Made by a program: the position numbers and the translations under genes. Shown here piece by piece: positions 15,006-28,588 of a stretch of DNA of 64,000 nt. Positions within the stretch are counted from its first letter, which is position 1. Each line of letters starts with the position of its first letter. The notes under the pieces are model-generated. The model saw nothing but the letters and a program-made list of their open reading frames with translations, was not told where the DNA came from and ran no database searches. The stretch covers positions 53,630,001 to 53,694,000 of the forward strand of contig OZ024741.1 in the NCBI GenBank assembly GCA_964016885.1. The letters run 5' to 3'. Source of the stretch: Eledone cirrhosa. Taxonomy: Eukaryota.

Positions 15006-15089
15006 ACCTTCTGACGAGAATCTTTCTTTGCAACGAAGGCCGTATGGTCTCCGTTTTATTTTTGGGATTCGAAACCGATCGGTAAAGGT
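15006..15089 (+). ncRNA. Type I hammerhead ribozyme, second copy
   Basis: Same sequence as 14523-14606, 483 bp downstream. Confidence 0.85.
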
Positions 15090-15169
15090 AACTATAGTAG
15101 GTAAAGTCAATTTTTTAAAATTTATTTTGAAACTTTTTCATTATTTGCTAAACCTTGTTTATATATATA

Positions 15170-15242
<73 letters not shown>

Positions 15243-15463
15243 TGAAAAATCTTTGGAAAGTGGCGAGAGAAAATTAGAATTGAAATAGGGCTAGAAGCTT
15301 CGCCATAACATTCACTCATTAATGTAGTCTAATAATGGGGCGTATAATGCCACTGAAAGGAAACATTATATTATTTAGTCAATGTTACAGCAAAGGTTAT
15401 ATTTCCACATCAATTCTTTCTTACTCTCTGTCTCTCTCTACATATATGTATATATTATATATA

Positions 15464-16115
15464 CTAGCTAACATACCCAGCTTCGCCCGGGAAAACAGAG
15501 GAATTGCTTTCATTATCAGTATTCATTTCGAGCAATTATCAAAAAATGACACAATAATAAAAGATGTCTGTCAATGTAAAAAAAGGTCCCTATTTACTCC
15601 CTTCACAACTCTGTGTATGTTAGATTGACAGACAAGCACACAGACAGATAAACTGCGTGGCGATTGTGGAACGCCGCACGTACACACACACGGATGGAAA
15701 CGCACACACGCACGCAAACTTACACATGCACCCGTGCACTTACACACACGCACACACTCACACATGTTGATAGTTTTTACACACTGTGGAACGCTGCACG
15801 CACACACACACACATAAAGATACGCGCACGTATATACACACGCACACATGTTAATAGATATTGCTTTCCTTTCCCTCTTATTTCCACACACATCACACAC
15901 ACACATGTCTCTACACTAACACATATACATAGTGCATCCAACACACCGTTCACTTCGCTTCTCTGTTTCTTATCCCCCCCCCCACATTGGCATTATGCAT
16001 ATTAATTTAAGTTTGGCGTCGATGAGGTGGGCGGAGTTGTTTGAAACCTATGAACCAATGATAATCGAGAATTATGACACACGGAATACTGACATTGTGG
16101 AAATTAATATATAGA
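15464..16115 (-). mobile_element. Non-autonomous Helitron-like element
   Basis: Minus strand begins TCTATATATT and ends with hairpin CCCGGGCGAAGCTGGG followed by CTAG. Inserted between A and T. Internal short repeats. Confidence 0.7.
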
Positions 16116-16118
16116 TAC

Positions 16119-16245
<127 letters not shown>

Positions 16246-16448
16246 TAAAAGAAAATTTCGCTCTACATGGCTGAATACAATAAATGTAATCTGAGTTTTT
16301 CGTTCGAATATTAATAATAACATGTTCGCATGCCAACACAACAGCAAGAATGAAGTGTTCATTCTACTGACATGGCTATAAAATTGAGGCTTGTTTGCAT
16401 AATTGCAAACGAATGGAATGTTATTATTAATATTCGAAAAACTCAGAT

Positions 16449-16496
<48 letters not shown>

Positions 16497-17282
16497 TGTG
16501 TGTGTACGTAAAAGGTAAACAGAAATAACAACACAATCGGTACATGGAAGGGATATATTAGGTTAACGCTTTATATAGCAGGAAGAGGGTCTTAACATTT
16601 ATATATATATCTGTGTGTGTATGTGTATGTGTATGTGTGTGTGTGTGCATGCGTACGTGTGTGTGTGTGTGCATTCGTGTGCGCGCGCACACACACATAT
16701 ATATATATACATACATAGATACATACATACATACATACATACATACATAATGCATAGAATAGTAGTGGCAACTTATTGACGGCGTGTCTTTAACATTTTA
16801 GCCCTGGCGGAAACCATAACGTCTCCAAATTTGAACACAGCTGCTTTCTTCCAGAGAAGGAAAGAGAAAGAGATAGATGGAGAGAGGGAGAGAGGGAGTG
16901 ACAGAGGAAACGAGATGGATTTTTATATATAAATATATATATCTGTATATATATATATATATGCATATATAATTTTCGATATTATTATCATTGAGACAGT
17001 CTTATCTGGTTGGGGTTAGGTCACTGGGCTCTCTTAATTCACAGAGAGATTGTAACTAGAACATTTTTTTTTTATTAGTTTACATCATTGTTTTATATGT
17101 GCGGTTGTTTTCTCAATACACATTTTTTCACTTCTAATATTTGATTCCTATCTTGAGCTTTACTAGCATATTGCTTCACTCTATCACAATAACATCGCTC
17201 GGGAAATTATGTTTAAATTTAAAAAAAAATAAAAACAATTCGGTTTTCAACAACACTATGATATTATTGTTAATAATAATAA

Positions 17283-18950
17283 TAATTTGTTTATTGGCCA
17301 CAAGCGCCTACATATAGGGGACAATACAGATACAGGGACGGTGAGGGGTGTGTTATATAAATACGTGTAAACAATATAAATATTAATAAAAAAAATAACA
17401 AGAAACATACAAAAATGAAAATTTCCCAGTAGGGGGGAAAACCACCCAGGAGCGATTCAGCTACCTCACTAATCTTGAACCACCCGACGCTTTCAAGGCA
17501 CCCGGGAAGGGTGCCTATCTCCTCCACAAATTAGCCAGCCTATAGGCGCATGCTCAAAGTAGGCCCATTCAACGGGCCATTCTCATTTTTATTAATTGTA
17601 CTGTGGGGTAGCGCTTCTGTCCCCACTCTCACCTTCCTTTCCAAGTGAAACTTGAAAAAGCCGATGAGGGATTGGTCTAAGGGAAAAGTGTCTGTCTTCA
17701 ATCTTTCCTGCCTGGTGGACCGCACAACCCCTTTCGCTACCACCACCAGACAGAGTAAAATTGCCTGCCCTACCCGACCAAAGGAAGACGGTGGGTCGAT
17801 CATCGCTATGGATTCCGTTGATAGCCGGATCCGTTCTACACACCTCAACAGCTGTTCGACTTGACTCCACTTAATGGACGAGTGCGTGAAGCACAGTTTC
17901 GTAGCTCTGCGCGTCTCCCACGCAGGTCCGTCAGGCAACAGTTCCATGCCTGTAGAGTTTATCATTAACAACGGCATGCCCAGCACTCCGCATAGAGGGT
18001 ACTGGCAGCAGATGGACCACCTCACCAACGGAACCTGCCCCCTCCACAAGAAGTTGAAGAGGAGCCATTCTAATTTGGCGAGGTGCGAACGGGGGCAGGG
18101 CACAACGGTTAAGCAGTAGTCGCTTATGGACTTGGTCGGGATTGTGCAAGTTTGCGACTCCCCTATCAATTTCTCGATGACAAGCACCAACCTCATCGTT
18201 AACACCTTGGCCAAAATCGTAAACTCTGTGTTAAGTAGGTTGTTGTGGTCGTGCGTGTTTTCGTTTGTTTTGCTGTGCTGTTGTTAGTTTTGCCGGATGT
18301 ATTGTTTGTGGATGTGTCTGTATTTTTTGTGAGTGTGGTTCTGCATTTTCTGGAGTGTGTTGAAATGCTACATTTCTGAGGTGAAGTGGCCACTTTCGCC
18401 TCATAGATGTCAACGTGACTTTTTACCCAAACCACAACATAGAGTCCCCCTCCATCCTCTCGAAGGCGAATTGAATTTGGAATCTTATCTAGTATCTCCG
18501 GTTTTATATGGAGAGCACACCAAATCAGTATTCTTTGAGTGTTTGGTTTACTTTCAGGAGGGTATCACCCTTTTCCATGACCATGCTTGCCGAAATCCAC
18601 GAGATATTCACCTCTGGGGGGATCCAACAAATTCTTACTCTTACTGTTCTCCTCCCTAAATACGAAAGGAAAAGAACATGGCTGTCACTTCTACAGGGAA
18701 ACATCGAATGTTTTACGGCCAGAGCTTCACACTTAAAGAGCACTGAAGTACTTACATTCTTTCTGGTTCTTGAAATATGGTCTATATCGTGCATTATGTC
18801 TCTGAGTGCCCTTTCCCCTTCAGTCTGTGTGGCTGCTTTCCGCCGTCTCGACCTTATCAAGATAGATTTATATATAAGGGCTCTCTATTTCATTGTTCTC
18901 GGCGTAGCTGGGATGGCTAAATACAGCCATACATTTTTTTATTTTGATTA
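17283..18950 (-). pseudogene. Internally deleted Tx1/L1-type LINE (ORF1 relic fused to ORF2 C-terminus and 3' UTR)
   Basis: 17540-18214 encodes LTVVPCP..FLW..VRWSICCQ..LSTESI..PP..FFKFH, homologous to 40958-42388. AATAAA and (TTA)n tail at ~17270-17295. Confidence 0.8.
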
Positions 18951-19779
18951 CAAAGTGTCCAGCCCGTTATATCCCAGATCCAAATCATTGTGCCAGCTGG
19001 ATAGACTGTAATAAGAAATGAAGTGGCTTGCTCTTGTAATATTTATTAGTATATAGTTCAATATGTCATTCCTATTGTTAGCCCATTACTGTGGTATTTG
19101 AGTATATTCGCCATCGGTAGACGAAACCCTCCCGACCCTTTTGTGTAAGCTTTTATGCAAGTGAATGTGCTCGAACAGGTTTACAGTAGGGTAGCTCAGG
19201 CGAGTCAAGACAGCATATATAGACCGGGTTGTGAAAAACCAACCAGTCCACAGTTAGGTTCTGTCTAACAAAATCGTATCTGCATTCATTACATCTAGTT
19301 CAGAATTACATAACAACACGCAGATTCCATTCAAATACAAATTACAGCTTCTGCTTAATACATTTAATGTGGTGAAATAAAAGCTTATTGCCTTCTACAT
19401 ATATAACTATATCTATATATATATATATATAAATGTGTGTGTGTGTGTTTCAACTATATATATATATATACGGCTTTTTATCTATCCATATCTACTTCTA
19501 TTTCAGTACTACACATGATTAAACGCTTAAAACTGCCACAATCACACATCAGACTACATATATTCCTTTGCTCTTCCCATTTGCATAACACCCATTCTTA
19601 CACACACATCAATAGAATGTACTACACATTAACATCTCTAACATAATTCAAAACATATAACATTTCACTACGCAGAGTATCAAATGGTTGATACAAATAT
19701 TATTAGTATTACTATACGTTTATATTTGTGCCTGTGTATATATATATATATATATGTGCATACTTATATGCGTATAGAT

Positions 19780-19840
<61 letters not shown>

Positions 19841-19856
19841 CACACACTAACACACG

Positions 19857-19901
<45 letters not shown>

Positions 19902-19916
19902 ATATATATATGTATA

Positions 19917-19970
<54 letters not shown>

Positions 19971-20766
19971 CATATATGTCTATGTATGTATATATTTACA
20001 CATGCATCCGTAAGGACGTATGTACATACATACATCAATACATACGCACTTATATATCCTTGCATATTGCTCTTTTATGTATGTATATATACATTCACAC
20101 ATTCAGCCGGAAGAACGTATATACATACATGCTTACATACATACGTATATACATAGATACACATATACAGACATACATACTAACATATAAATATACACAC
20201 ATACACACAGATATATGCATACATACACACATACATACATACATACATACATACATACATACATGCATACATACATACATACATACATACATACATGCAT
20301 ACATACATACATACATACATACATACATACATACATACATACATACATACATACATACATACATACATACATACGCACTTGTATATCCTTGCATATTGCT
20401 ATTTTATTATTGCAAGTTTTCCTCTGAAACGATAGATTAAAACAAGTCTTAAATGCGTTTGACAATTCAATGAATATTTATAAATTTCTAAATACGAATT
20501 CGAAAACAAAACGAAACGAATCCAAAATATAAACACAATAAGAAAGCAAAAACCCAAAAGAAAAAAAGTATTGCATTAGGTTTCTATTTCGCTTTTACAT
20601 GTTTTATCAATGTTGTTGGTGGTTTTGTTTTCGTTTCGCTTGCGTTTTGGTTTTTAGTATTGTTTTTCTATATTACATTATTCGCGGGTTTTGGTTTTTA
20701 TTGTTATATAAAACAAAGAGACATGAAGAAGGGATAAAAGGAAGAGAGTGATAGAGAGAGAGAAAA

Positions 20767-20798
<32 letters not shown>

Positions 20799-21164
20799 AG
20801 ATAGAGAGTGACGGAGAGAGGAAGAGGACAAGAAAGAGAGAGGGGGGAGACGGAGAGAGAGAGAACGAGAGAGAGGATGGAGAGAAAGAGAGAGAAATTC
20901 ACTAATGTGGGCAACAAAGATAACTACAAATTGCAAAATAATAAAACACAATAATGAAAAGAAAATAAAGATAACACATATATAACTAATAATAAACAAC
21001 ATTGACAATAAAACAACGGCGAATATAAAATACAATAAAATGAACAAAAATAACGACGAAATAATTCTTCAAACCGTCGGCCATTTTCTGTTAGAAATTA
21101 ACGTTATTATTGGGTGAAGGAGGGGTAGAAAGAAAGAGATATATATAGAGGGGGAAATACAGAG

Positions 21165-21364
21165 NNNNNNNNNNNNNNNNNNNNNNNNNNNNNNNNNNNN
21201 NNNNNNNNNNNNNNNNNNNNNNNNNNNNNNNNNNNNNNNNNNNNNNNNNNNNNNNNNNNNNNNNNNNNNNNNNNNNNNNNNNNNNNNNNNNNNNNNNNNN
21301 NNNNNNNNNNNNNNNNNNNNNNNNNNNNNNNNNNNNNNNNNNNNNNNNNNNNNNNNNNNNNNNN
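21165..21364. other. Assembly gap (200 N)
   Basis: Run of N. Confidence 1.
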
Positions 21365-21765
21365 AAGTTAGGATGGGGAGGGGGGTGAGCAAAGGAAGAA
21401 GTAATAAGCGAGCCGAAGTGGTCGGGAATAATTGATCAAAAGTAATTTTATCATTGCCATAATGAAAGGTGTGGTTGTTGTAGTAGTTCTCTTCTTCATC
21501 ATCTTCACCACCGGCGGCGTCCATCTCGTCGTCATCGTCATCAGCATCATCATCAGCAATAGCAGCAACATCACCGTCATCGTTATTATAATTATCAACG
21601 TTGTCATCATCATCGCCAACAACATAATGTATGCATATTTAACATATATGAATATATATATATATATTGGTATGGTGAACTAACTGTTTGTGTTATCACT
21701 TCTACCTAACTCGTCCCATGGACTGAGTGCTCTACCACTACGGATATTACCTTACAGTGTTCTAC

Positions 21766-21817
<52 letters not shown>

Positions 21818-21930
21818 AATGGCTTCTACAGGACTAGAACTGTTTCATTCGTGAGAAATCATCATCTATACCCTGCTATATGTTGGGTACCTTACTTACT
21901 ATGGTTCCCTCGATTGAACCCGTGATAAAC

Positions 21931-21986
<56 letters not shown>

Positions 21987-22016
21987 AAGTGGTTACACAA
22001 CAGTTAGTTCACCACA

Positions 22017-22056
22017 CCGAGAACAATTGTTTCACCTTCGCGGATCTTCAGCTCGG
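22017..22056 (-). ncRNA. Minimal type I hammerhead ribozyme
   Basis: CCGAG CTGAAGA TCC-GCGAA-GGT GAAA CAATTG TT CTCGG. Confidence 0.8.
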
Positions 22057-22090
22057 GATGTAAGATTACAGGAACCTATAATCTTACATC

Positions 22091-22130
22091 CCGAGCTGAG
22101 GATCCGCGAAGGTGAAACAATTGTTCTCGG
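22091..22130 (+). ncRNA. Minimal type I hammerhead ribozyme
   Basis: CCGAG CTGAGGA TCC-GCGAA-GGT GAAA CAATTG TT CTCGG. Confidence 0.8.
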
Positions 22131-22223
22131 TGTGGTGAACTAACTGTTGTGTAACCACTTCTACCTAACTCGTCCCTGGGACTGAGTGCTCTACCACTAC
22201 GGATATTACCTTCCAGTTTCCAC

Positions 22224-22258
<35 letters not shown>

Positions 22259-22363
22259 TGAAAAATAGATCGAGAAACGGGACTGTCCATCATCAGTGAT
22301 CTTCTGACTATCATCGGTGACGGTGCTGAGTACTCTTTTCTCTCAGCCGTCAACCAACCAAAT

Positions 22364-22407
<44 letters not shown>

Positions 22408-22408
<1 letters not shown>

Positions 22409-23200
22409 AGGAAGGTTATATCTGTAGTAGTAGAGAGAGCACTCGGTCCATGGGACGAATTTAGTAGAAGTAGTTCCACAACAGTTAGTTCACCATTAGT
22501 GAGAACAAATGTTTCACCCTATTCGGATCATCAGCTCGGTTTAAATGAGGTTGTACGAAAAAGAAAAAAACAACTGTACGAATACGCATGTGCAGAAACA
22601 GTCATTTCTCAAAGGGGAGATAAACCCACGATAGATCGATGAGGAAGAGAACTGTGAATACTCAGAATAATTTTAGATTATTCATGTTATTCAGTCCAGA
22701 GTAATTATAGTTTGTTCATGTTAGTCAATCTTGAGCTTTGAAATTACGTAATAGGTGGTTCCAGGCGTGTGGACAACGCGAAAAGAGTCTATTACTTGAA
22801 TTTAAACAAGTGCTATACCTTCTCAGGTTATTGATTCTTTCTTCAATGCACAGTCCACAAGACAGATTCCCATTTATGTATGACTTAGACTTAGTAAACT
22901 TTTCATTGAATGGAGTAATCCACACCTGTGTCCTTCAGGGACAATACGTGGCACACGAGCTGCGTGGACGATCGTTTGTCCAGGTATCTGAAAGTCAACA
23001 GATGATTCAGAAATTGTTCTTTAAACCGTCCCTCCGCCATACCTACATAGGATGTGAACACTTGTTGTTGATTTGGTCTGTTAGAAGTGACCACAGATTC
23101 GTAAATTACAGCGCGTGTGTTACATTGTTGTTGACGGGACAGTGTTAGGCCTTCGGCAAGAGCATCCTGGCGGGGTTCTGCTGTTAGGGCTGTTTTATTA
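22408..23200 (-). pseudogene. 3' fragment of a Penelope-like element (GIY-YIG endonuclease + 3' UTR with HHR at ~22501-22537)
   Basis: CSC linker; VIYESVV...SYVGMAEGRFKEQFLNH; CGLCIEE..LN..RCPH. Broken by a stop and frameshifts. GAG CTGATGA TCC-GAATA-GGGT GAAA CATTTG TT CTC. Confidence 0.8.
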
Positions 23201-23292
23201 ATGTTAGACGAACTATTTAACCATAATAAAATGAATACTTAAACTCTAATTCGGTGCTGAGTACTCTTTTATCTCTGCCGTCAACCAACCAA

Positions 23293-23335
<43 letters not shown>

Positions 23336-23419
23336 CAGTCGATCTTCTTTCGTCAAATCAGATGAGGAAACAATGTTTCCATTGGTCTTTCTAATTGCTA
23401 ATACTGTCTATCGTTCGCA

Positions 23420-23549
23420 ACTCCAGGTAGAAGGAGCAACGTGAAGTAATGTGTTTGTTCAAGAACACAACGCATCAACCGTTCCGCGAATCGAACTCAC
23501 AACCTCATGATTACGAATCCAGTTCTCTAGCTAATCAGCCACGCACCTA
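23420..23549 (-). mobile_element. tRNA-derived SINE with CORE-like domain (fragment)
   Basis: Minus strand GGTGCGTGGCTGATTAG, GTTCGATTC B box, then TGCGTTGTGTTCTTGAACAAACAC...CACGTTGCTC. Confidence 0.6.
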
Positions 23550-24585
23550 TATATGGAGATAAATGGATATAAGAGAGCCTGTGAGTATGAATATATATTT
23601 ATATGTATGTATGTATTTGTGGGTATATGCGTGTGTATACACATGCATTTATAATAAATTTAGTATAAGCTTCAGGTGTAAGATTTTCAAGGGAGGATAT
23701 GATAGTGAAAAAACACAATTCGCATTGATAATACGTGGTATAAAAACACAGAAAGTTCCTTTCAATTCTTTTTTCAAAGTTTAAGGAAATGCTTTTAAGT
23801 TGTTGAATATATCGAGTACAGTTATTTTCATATATTACTTTAACAAAAATCTCACAAAAAGATTGTTGCTAGGTAAAAAAAAAAAAATTAAATAAATTCG
23901 TAACAAAATCCACGTTAGAATTATTGATTCGCAGCGCAGAAAATTTGGACACAATCTTGATTTTTTTTTTTTAATCGATCATTTCCGTGATTCACAGCGA
24001 TCGAGTGAAACACGCCTCACCATATATAACATGGCTGTGTTTATTTTTTTCTTGTACTGATTTCAAAGTTTCATGCCGTTGGCCTTAACCATGATTCAGG
24101 ATTGAAAGCCACAATTATTATAAATATGAAATGTGCACCAAAGAAAAGTTGTAATATAATATAATTTATGAAATATATTATAATTCAGATATATTTTCCA
24201 TAAATATCAAAGATAATTTAAGAAGAAAAAATATAGCATATTTCTACAGTTGAAACGTAAGAACTTTTACAAATGCTCCGGTTCATCTGCCTAATAACAA
24301 AGTTCCTGAATGTTTAGAGGTGATAGAGAACTGGGATTATCAGAGTTTACACTTCTTCATAAATATATATGTATTGCTTCCATACAGCCATTTACAATGT
24401 ATCTATGCTTCTACAGTAATTTAAACATCAAACAGAATAAATATTTCTATTTACTTCTCCCTGCCCTTGCGTCACAAAAGATCATGGCGCATTATACAAA
24501 ATTCTGAACATAACCCATGCTCATATGAAATAGGCAGTACTTCATATTATAATTTATTGCCGGCTTCTAATGAATATATTTATTA

Positions 24586-24622
<37 letters not shown>

Positions 24623-24960
24623 GGTATATATGTATATATGTATATATATATATAGGTATATATGTATATATGTATATATATATATAGGTATATATGTATA
24701 TATGTATATCAAAAAACAAAACCTGACAAAGGACGGAAGCACTCATAAGAGTCAACGGCCATCCAAAAGTGTGTAAATATGTATATACACATGTACCGCG
24801 CGGTTAAACCACTGGGAGTGAAGGACCCCTAGCCTTTTGGATTGGCTCAGTGCACAGTCTTTCCTCACTTTAAAAAATATCTTCACGCACATCCATTGCC
24901 CGATACAATTAATTAATAATGGTATATCGTGCAATGGCCATACTCGATAACGAGGGGGCA

Positions 24961-25003
<43 letters not shown>

Positions 25004-25156
25004 GTCCTATTTTCAATGCCTAGTTCATGCATGAACTATATATATATATATATGTATATATACGTATGTATATATAACGAAGGAAGTGTGGTAAGGAACC
25101 AGGTGGACCATAATGCACCAGAGTACTCGACATCTATTTCTGGATTCTGGACTTTG

Positions 25157-25231
<75 letters not shown>

Positions 25232-25924
25232 GAAAGAGATGGGCACGACGGCTGAGCTCATGCCGCTTCGACAGCTAATTCCAGACTCATTCTGGAATTA
25301 GGTGTCGAAACGGTCAGACTTCAGCCTTCGGGTCCAGACTCTTTTTAATATAGTCACACTCTACTATCCCAAGTATCGAGTGCTCTTAAGAAATGAGAAA
25401 GGGGGGACAATCCTGTGATTAGAAGATGGAATATCACTTTCTTTTGTTCAGTAGCGGTTCGTACTTTCTAAAAGGAATCGCATATTGAAAAAAAATATAT
25501 ATATCCAAATAGAAGTGGATGACAACCGCACTTTCAAACATTCGATCGTTGAAGAGAAGAACAACCCTCGGAGCTACACTACCATTTCATTAATACCCCC
25601 TTCCCCACCCCAATGGATATGTGAACTTAAATACTTGAGTAGATGTGTACACATATGTGTGTGTAGATGTGTATGTATGTGTGTATGAATGTGTACAGCT
25701 ATGTGTATACATGTGTATGTATGTATGTGTGCATGTGTGCGTGTATGTATAAATATATATATATATATACATGTATATAAGATATTTTCCATACATTAAT
25801 ATTGTTAAAATTAATAAATATTCCAGATTAAAACTTTAGAGTGCTTCAAATCTGTTCTAAAATAAACTTTGTTGAATGATAATCAACACAACATATAACT
25901 CATTGTTTATATATATATATATAT

Positions 25925-26115
25925 ATAACAAAGAAATTGTGGTAAGGAATCAGATGGACCATAACGCACTAGAGTACTCGATACTTAGGGTAGTAGAGTG
26001 GGAAATAGGAAAAAGTATGACCCCGACGGCAGAGCTCAATCCGTTTCGACGGCTATTTCTGGACTACCGTCGAAACGGCTTGAGCTCTGTCGTCGGGGTA
26101 ATACTTTTTCCTATA
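25925..26115. repeat. Hairpin-containing short element family B (copies 28946-29122, 52090-52260; degenerate near 25075-25385)
   Basis: CCCCGACGGCAGAGCTCAA..CCGTTTCGACGG / CCGTCGAAACGG..TTGAGCTCTGTCGTCGGGG stem plus a shared ~90-bp tail. Flanked by (TA)n. Confidence 0.85.
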
Positions 26116-26177
26116 TATATATATAGCGCACAAGGGATGGTGAGGTAGTATGTCTACCCACGGATAAGTCTGGTAGG

Positions 26178-28283
26178 ATGTCAATAGATATCATGCAGAA
26201 CTACATCAAGGCTATGCAACCCCACATCACCAACACGAGCGAATTTGCACAACAAACACACGATGGGAGAGAGAAAATCCTCAACGCTCACATGATGATG
26301 TGGACTGACATCCTAAAGCCAAGCAGACGCACTGCCAACAACTTTCAGGCGTCTAACAATAGCATACCACCCTTGTATGGGCTCCGCAAAGACCACAAGA
26401 CAGTCGACGACCCGACAACAGGACCACCAACAAGACCCGTATGCGGGGCTAATATAGCTAGCATCTGCAGGATCTCCTACTTCCTCTCAATGGTTATACA
26501 CCCCATAATCAAGATGTCCCCAGATGTATGTGACAGTACAGTGGACCTCCTCAGTGGAATCAGTGAGTGCAACAAAAACAGGAACCTATCCAACTGCATA
26601 ATAGGCAGCATGGATGTGGTGTCACTGTACCCATCCATTAACATTGATTTTGCTGTGAAAAGATGTGTGGAGATGATCATTGAGAGTGAGGTGGAGTTCT
26701 GCGACGTCGACACAGACGAACTGGGCCTCCTACTTAGACTTACCTACGGCACTGACTACCTAGACAGCCATGACCTTAGACGTTTCTGCTCCAGTAGACC
26801 CATAAGAGGTAGACCCCCCACCATAACCTCAATGGCAAAAAAGACTCCCATGGGAAGGTGGATTGGGTGGACCAAAGCTATACAGACCCCCCAAAACAAT
26901 GATCAGGTAAGAAAAATGGTCGCACATGCAATAGGGGCTAGTATCAAAACTACCCTAAAGGGCCACATATTTAAGTTCAACGAGAAGATCTACACCCAAA
27001 ATGAGGGAGCAGCCATCGGCGTCAGCATAGCTGGTAATGTTGCCAACCTTTTCATGGTATGGTGGGAAAGGAGACTTAAAGATCTCCTTAATGAGAGCTC
27101 CATAGACCTCATCATGTACTCTTGTTATGTAGACGATATCAATATAGTTATAAGAACACCCCCACTAGAGAGCACTAACAAGTTTGATTTAGAACGTAGC
27201 ACGATGGAAAGCATCCAGCAGATAGCTAATTCCATACACCAGAGTATAACTGTAACTATCGACTTCCCTTCCAAACACCCTAACAATAGACTACCTGTAT
27301 TAGACACAGAACCCTGGATTAACACTATAGACGAGAGAGCCCAAATTCTCCACTCACACTATGCTAAACCCATGGCCTCCAAATACCTGATACTCAAAAA
27401 CTCAGCAATATCCAGTAGAGCTAAGTTTAATATTCTGATCGCAGATTTGGTACGAGTGATGAAGAATGTGTCCCGCATGTGCGACCCAACAGAAATGGAA
27501 AGACACATCCAACACTTCATCAACCGCATGCAGTTCATTGGCTACAACCAAAGAGACAGAGTCAGAGTATACGAAGGAGCCATGGAGAAGTATAATACCC
27601 TCATAGAACTGGACATGAAAGGAATTTGCCCACTATACAGGAGCAAATCATGGAATAGCTTAGATAGGGCTAGACATAAGATAGGGAAAGCCACCTCATG
27701 GTACGACAACCAGAGATACCAGAGTGTCATGTTTGTGGACGCTACCCCTGGAGGGAAATTAGCTAACCAGTGTAGAAAGGCCCTGAGAAAGACCCACTTA
27801 AAAATAAAGGTGGTAGAAAAGCCAGGAACCACCATAAAATCCCTGATCAGCAAAACCTACCCTTTTAAGAAAACCCACTGTACCAATAGGAAATGTATCA
27901 TATGTGAGGTGAACCCCCGGATAAACTGTAAAACTACAAACGTAGTCTATAGCATAATATGTACAGAGGGTACTTGCACAAACATGACAACAACATACAT
28001 AGGTGAGACAGCTCGTAGCATAGGTGAAAGGATAGACCAACACTGGGGGGAACTAAAAGGACGAAAAAACGGGTCAGTACTATACGAACATGCTAGAAAA
28101 CAACATGATGGTAACATAGACAACATAGAAATTAGAATAATATGTAAACATAAAAATGACCCAGCAGATAGGCAAATGAGAGAAGCCAGGGAAATAGAAA
28201 TTAAAAGACCAAGGCTAAACAGAAAGAATGAATGGAATAACAACAACACCCAAACAAACAACACTGACCTAAGAGAAGTATAA
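26178..28283 (+). CDS. PLE reverse transcriptase + GIY-YIG endonuclease (N-truncated; frame open from ~26127)
   Basis: PPLYGLRKDHK, RPV, SMDVVSLYPSI, YTQNEGAAIG, YVDD, LPVLD, CxxxxCxxC linker, VVY..YIGETARSIGERIDQH, EAREI..RPRLN. Confidence 0.9.
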   Translation: MSIDIMQNYIKAMQPHITNTSEFAQQTHDGREKILNAHMMMWTDILKPSRRTANNFQASNNSIPPLYGLRKDHKTVDDPTTGPPTRPVCGANIASICRISYFLSMVIHPIIKMSPDVCDSTVDLLSGISECNKNRNLSNCIIGSMDVVSLYPSINIDFAVKRCVEMIIESEVEFCDVDTDELGLLLRLTYGTDYLDSHDLRRFCSSRPIRGRPPTITSMAKKTPMGRWIGWTKAIQTPQNNDQVRKMVAHAIGASIKTTLKGHIFKFNEKIYTQNEGAAIGVSIAGNVANLFMVWWERRLKDLLNESSIDLIMYSCYVDDINIVIRTPPLESTNKFDLERSTMESIQQIANSIHQSITVTIDFPSKHPNNRLPVLDTEPWINTIDERAQILHSHYAKPMASKYLILKNSAISSRAKFNILIADLVRVMKNVSRMCDPTEMERHIQHFINRMQFIGYNQRDRVRVYEGAMEKYNTLIELDMKGICPLYRSKSWNSLDRARHKIGKATSWYDNQRYQSVMFVDATPGGKLANQCRKALRKTHLKIKVVEKPGTTIKSLISKTYPFKKTHCTNRKCIICEVNPRINCKTTNVVYSIICTEGTCTNMTTTYIGETARSIGERIDQHWGELKGRKNGSVLYEHARKQHDGNIDNIEIRIICKHKNDPADRQMREAREIEIKRPRLNRKNEWNNNNTQTNNTDLREV

Positions 28284-28530
28284 ATAAGTAAATAAAATAA
28301 AAATAAAAAAATAAAAATAAATAAATAAATAAATACATACACAAGCACAATAACAACAAGCACATAAACACACACTAGTCACCCATCACACAGCAAACAA
28401 AACACTATACACACACGCAAACGCATGCGCAAAGAAGACAAAATAAAATAAACAAACAAGCAAATAAATAAATAAATATATAGACAGACTGAATAAAAAT
28501 GGCGTAGACATACAATACAACAGGAGGAAA

Positions 28531-28588
28531 ATATAGCACCACTGACGATGTTGCAGATGTGCAACGAAAGATTTATGATAAACTATAT
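28531..28588 (+). ncRNA. Hammerhead-like motif in PLE 3' pLTR
   Basis: CTGACGA (28542) T GTTGCA-GATG-TGCAAC GAAA GATT TA. Stems I and III are imperfect. Confidence 0.65.

Larger units (their letters stand above)
14248..15160 (+). mobile_element. Retrozyme-like element family E: ~1.5 tandem 483-bp HHR units plus a 5' inverted arm
   Basis: 14444.. repeats at 14927.. (483-bp period). 14248-14443 is the reverse complement of 14596-14791. (TA)n on both sides. Confidence 0.85.
21986..22228. mobile_element. Palindromic PLE pLTR derivative (family C) with two divergent hammerheads
   Basis: 21986-22161 is a near-perfect inverted repeat. Homologous to the 3' end of the PLE fragment at 22410-22540 and to 21669-21768. 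Confidence 0.85.
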
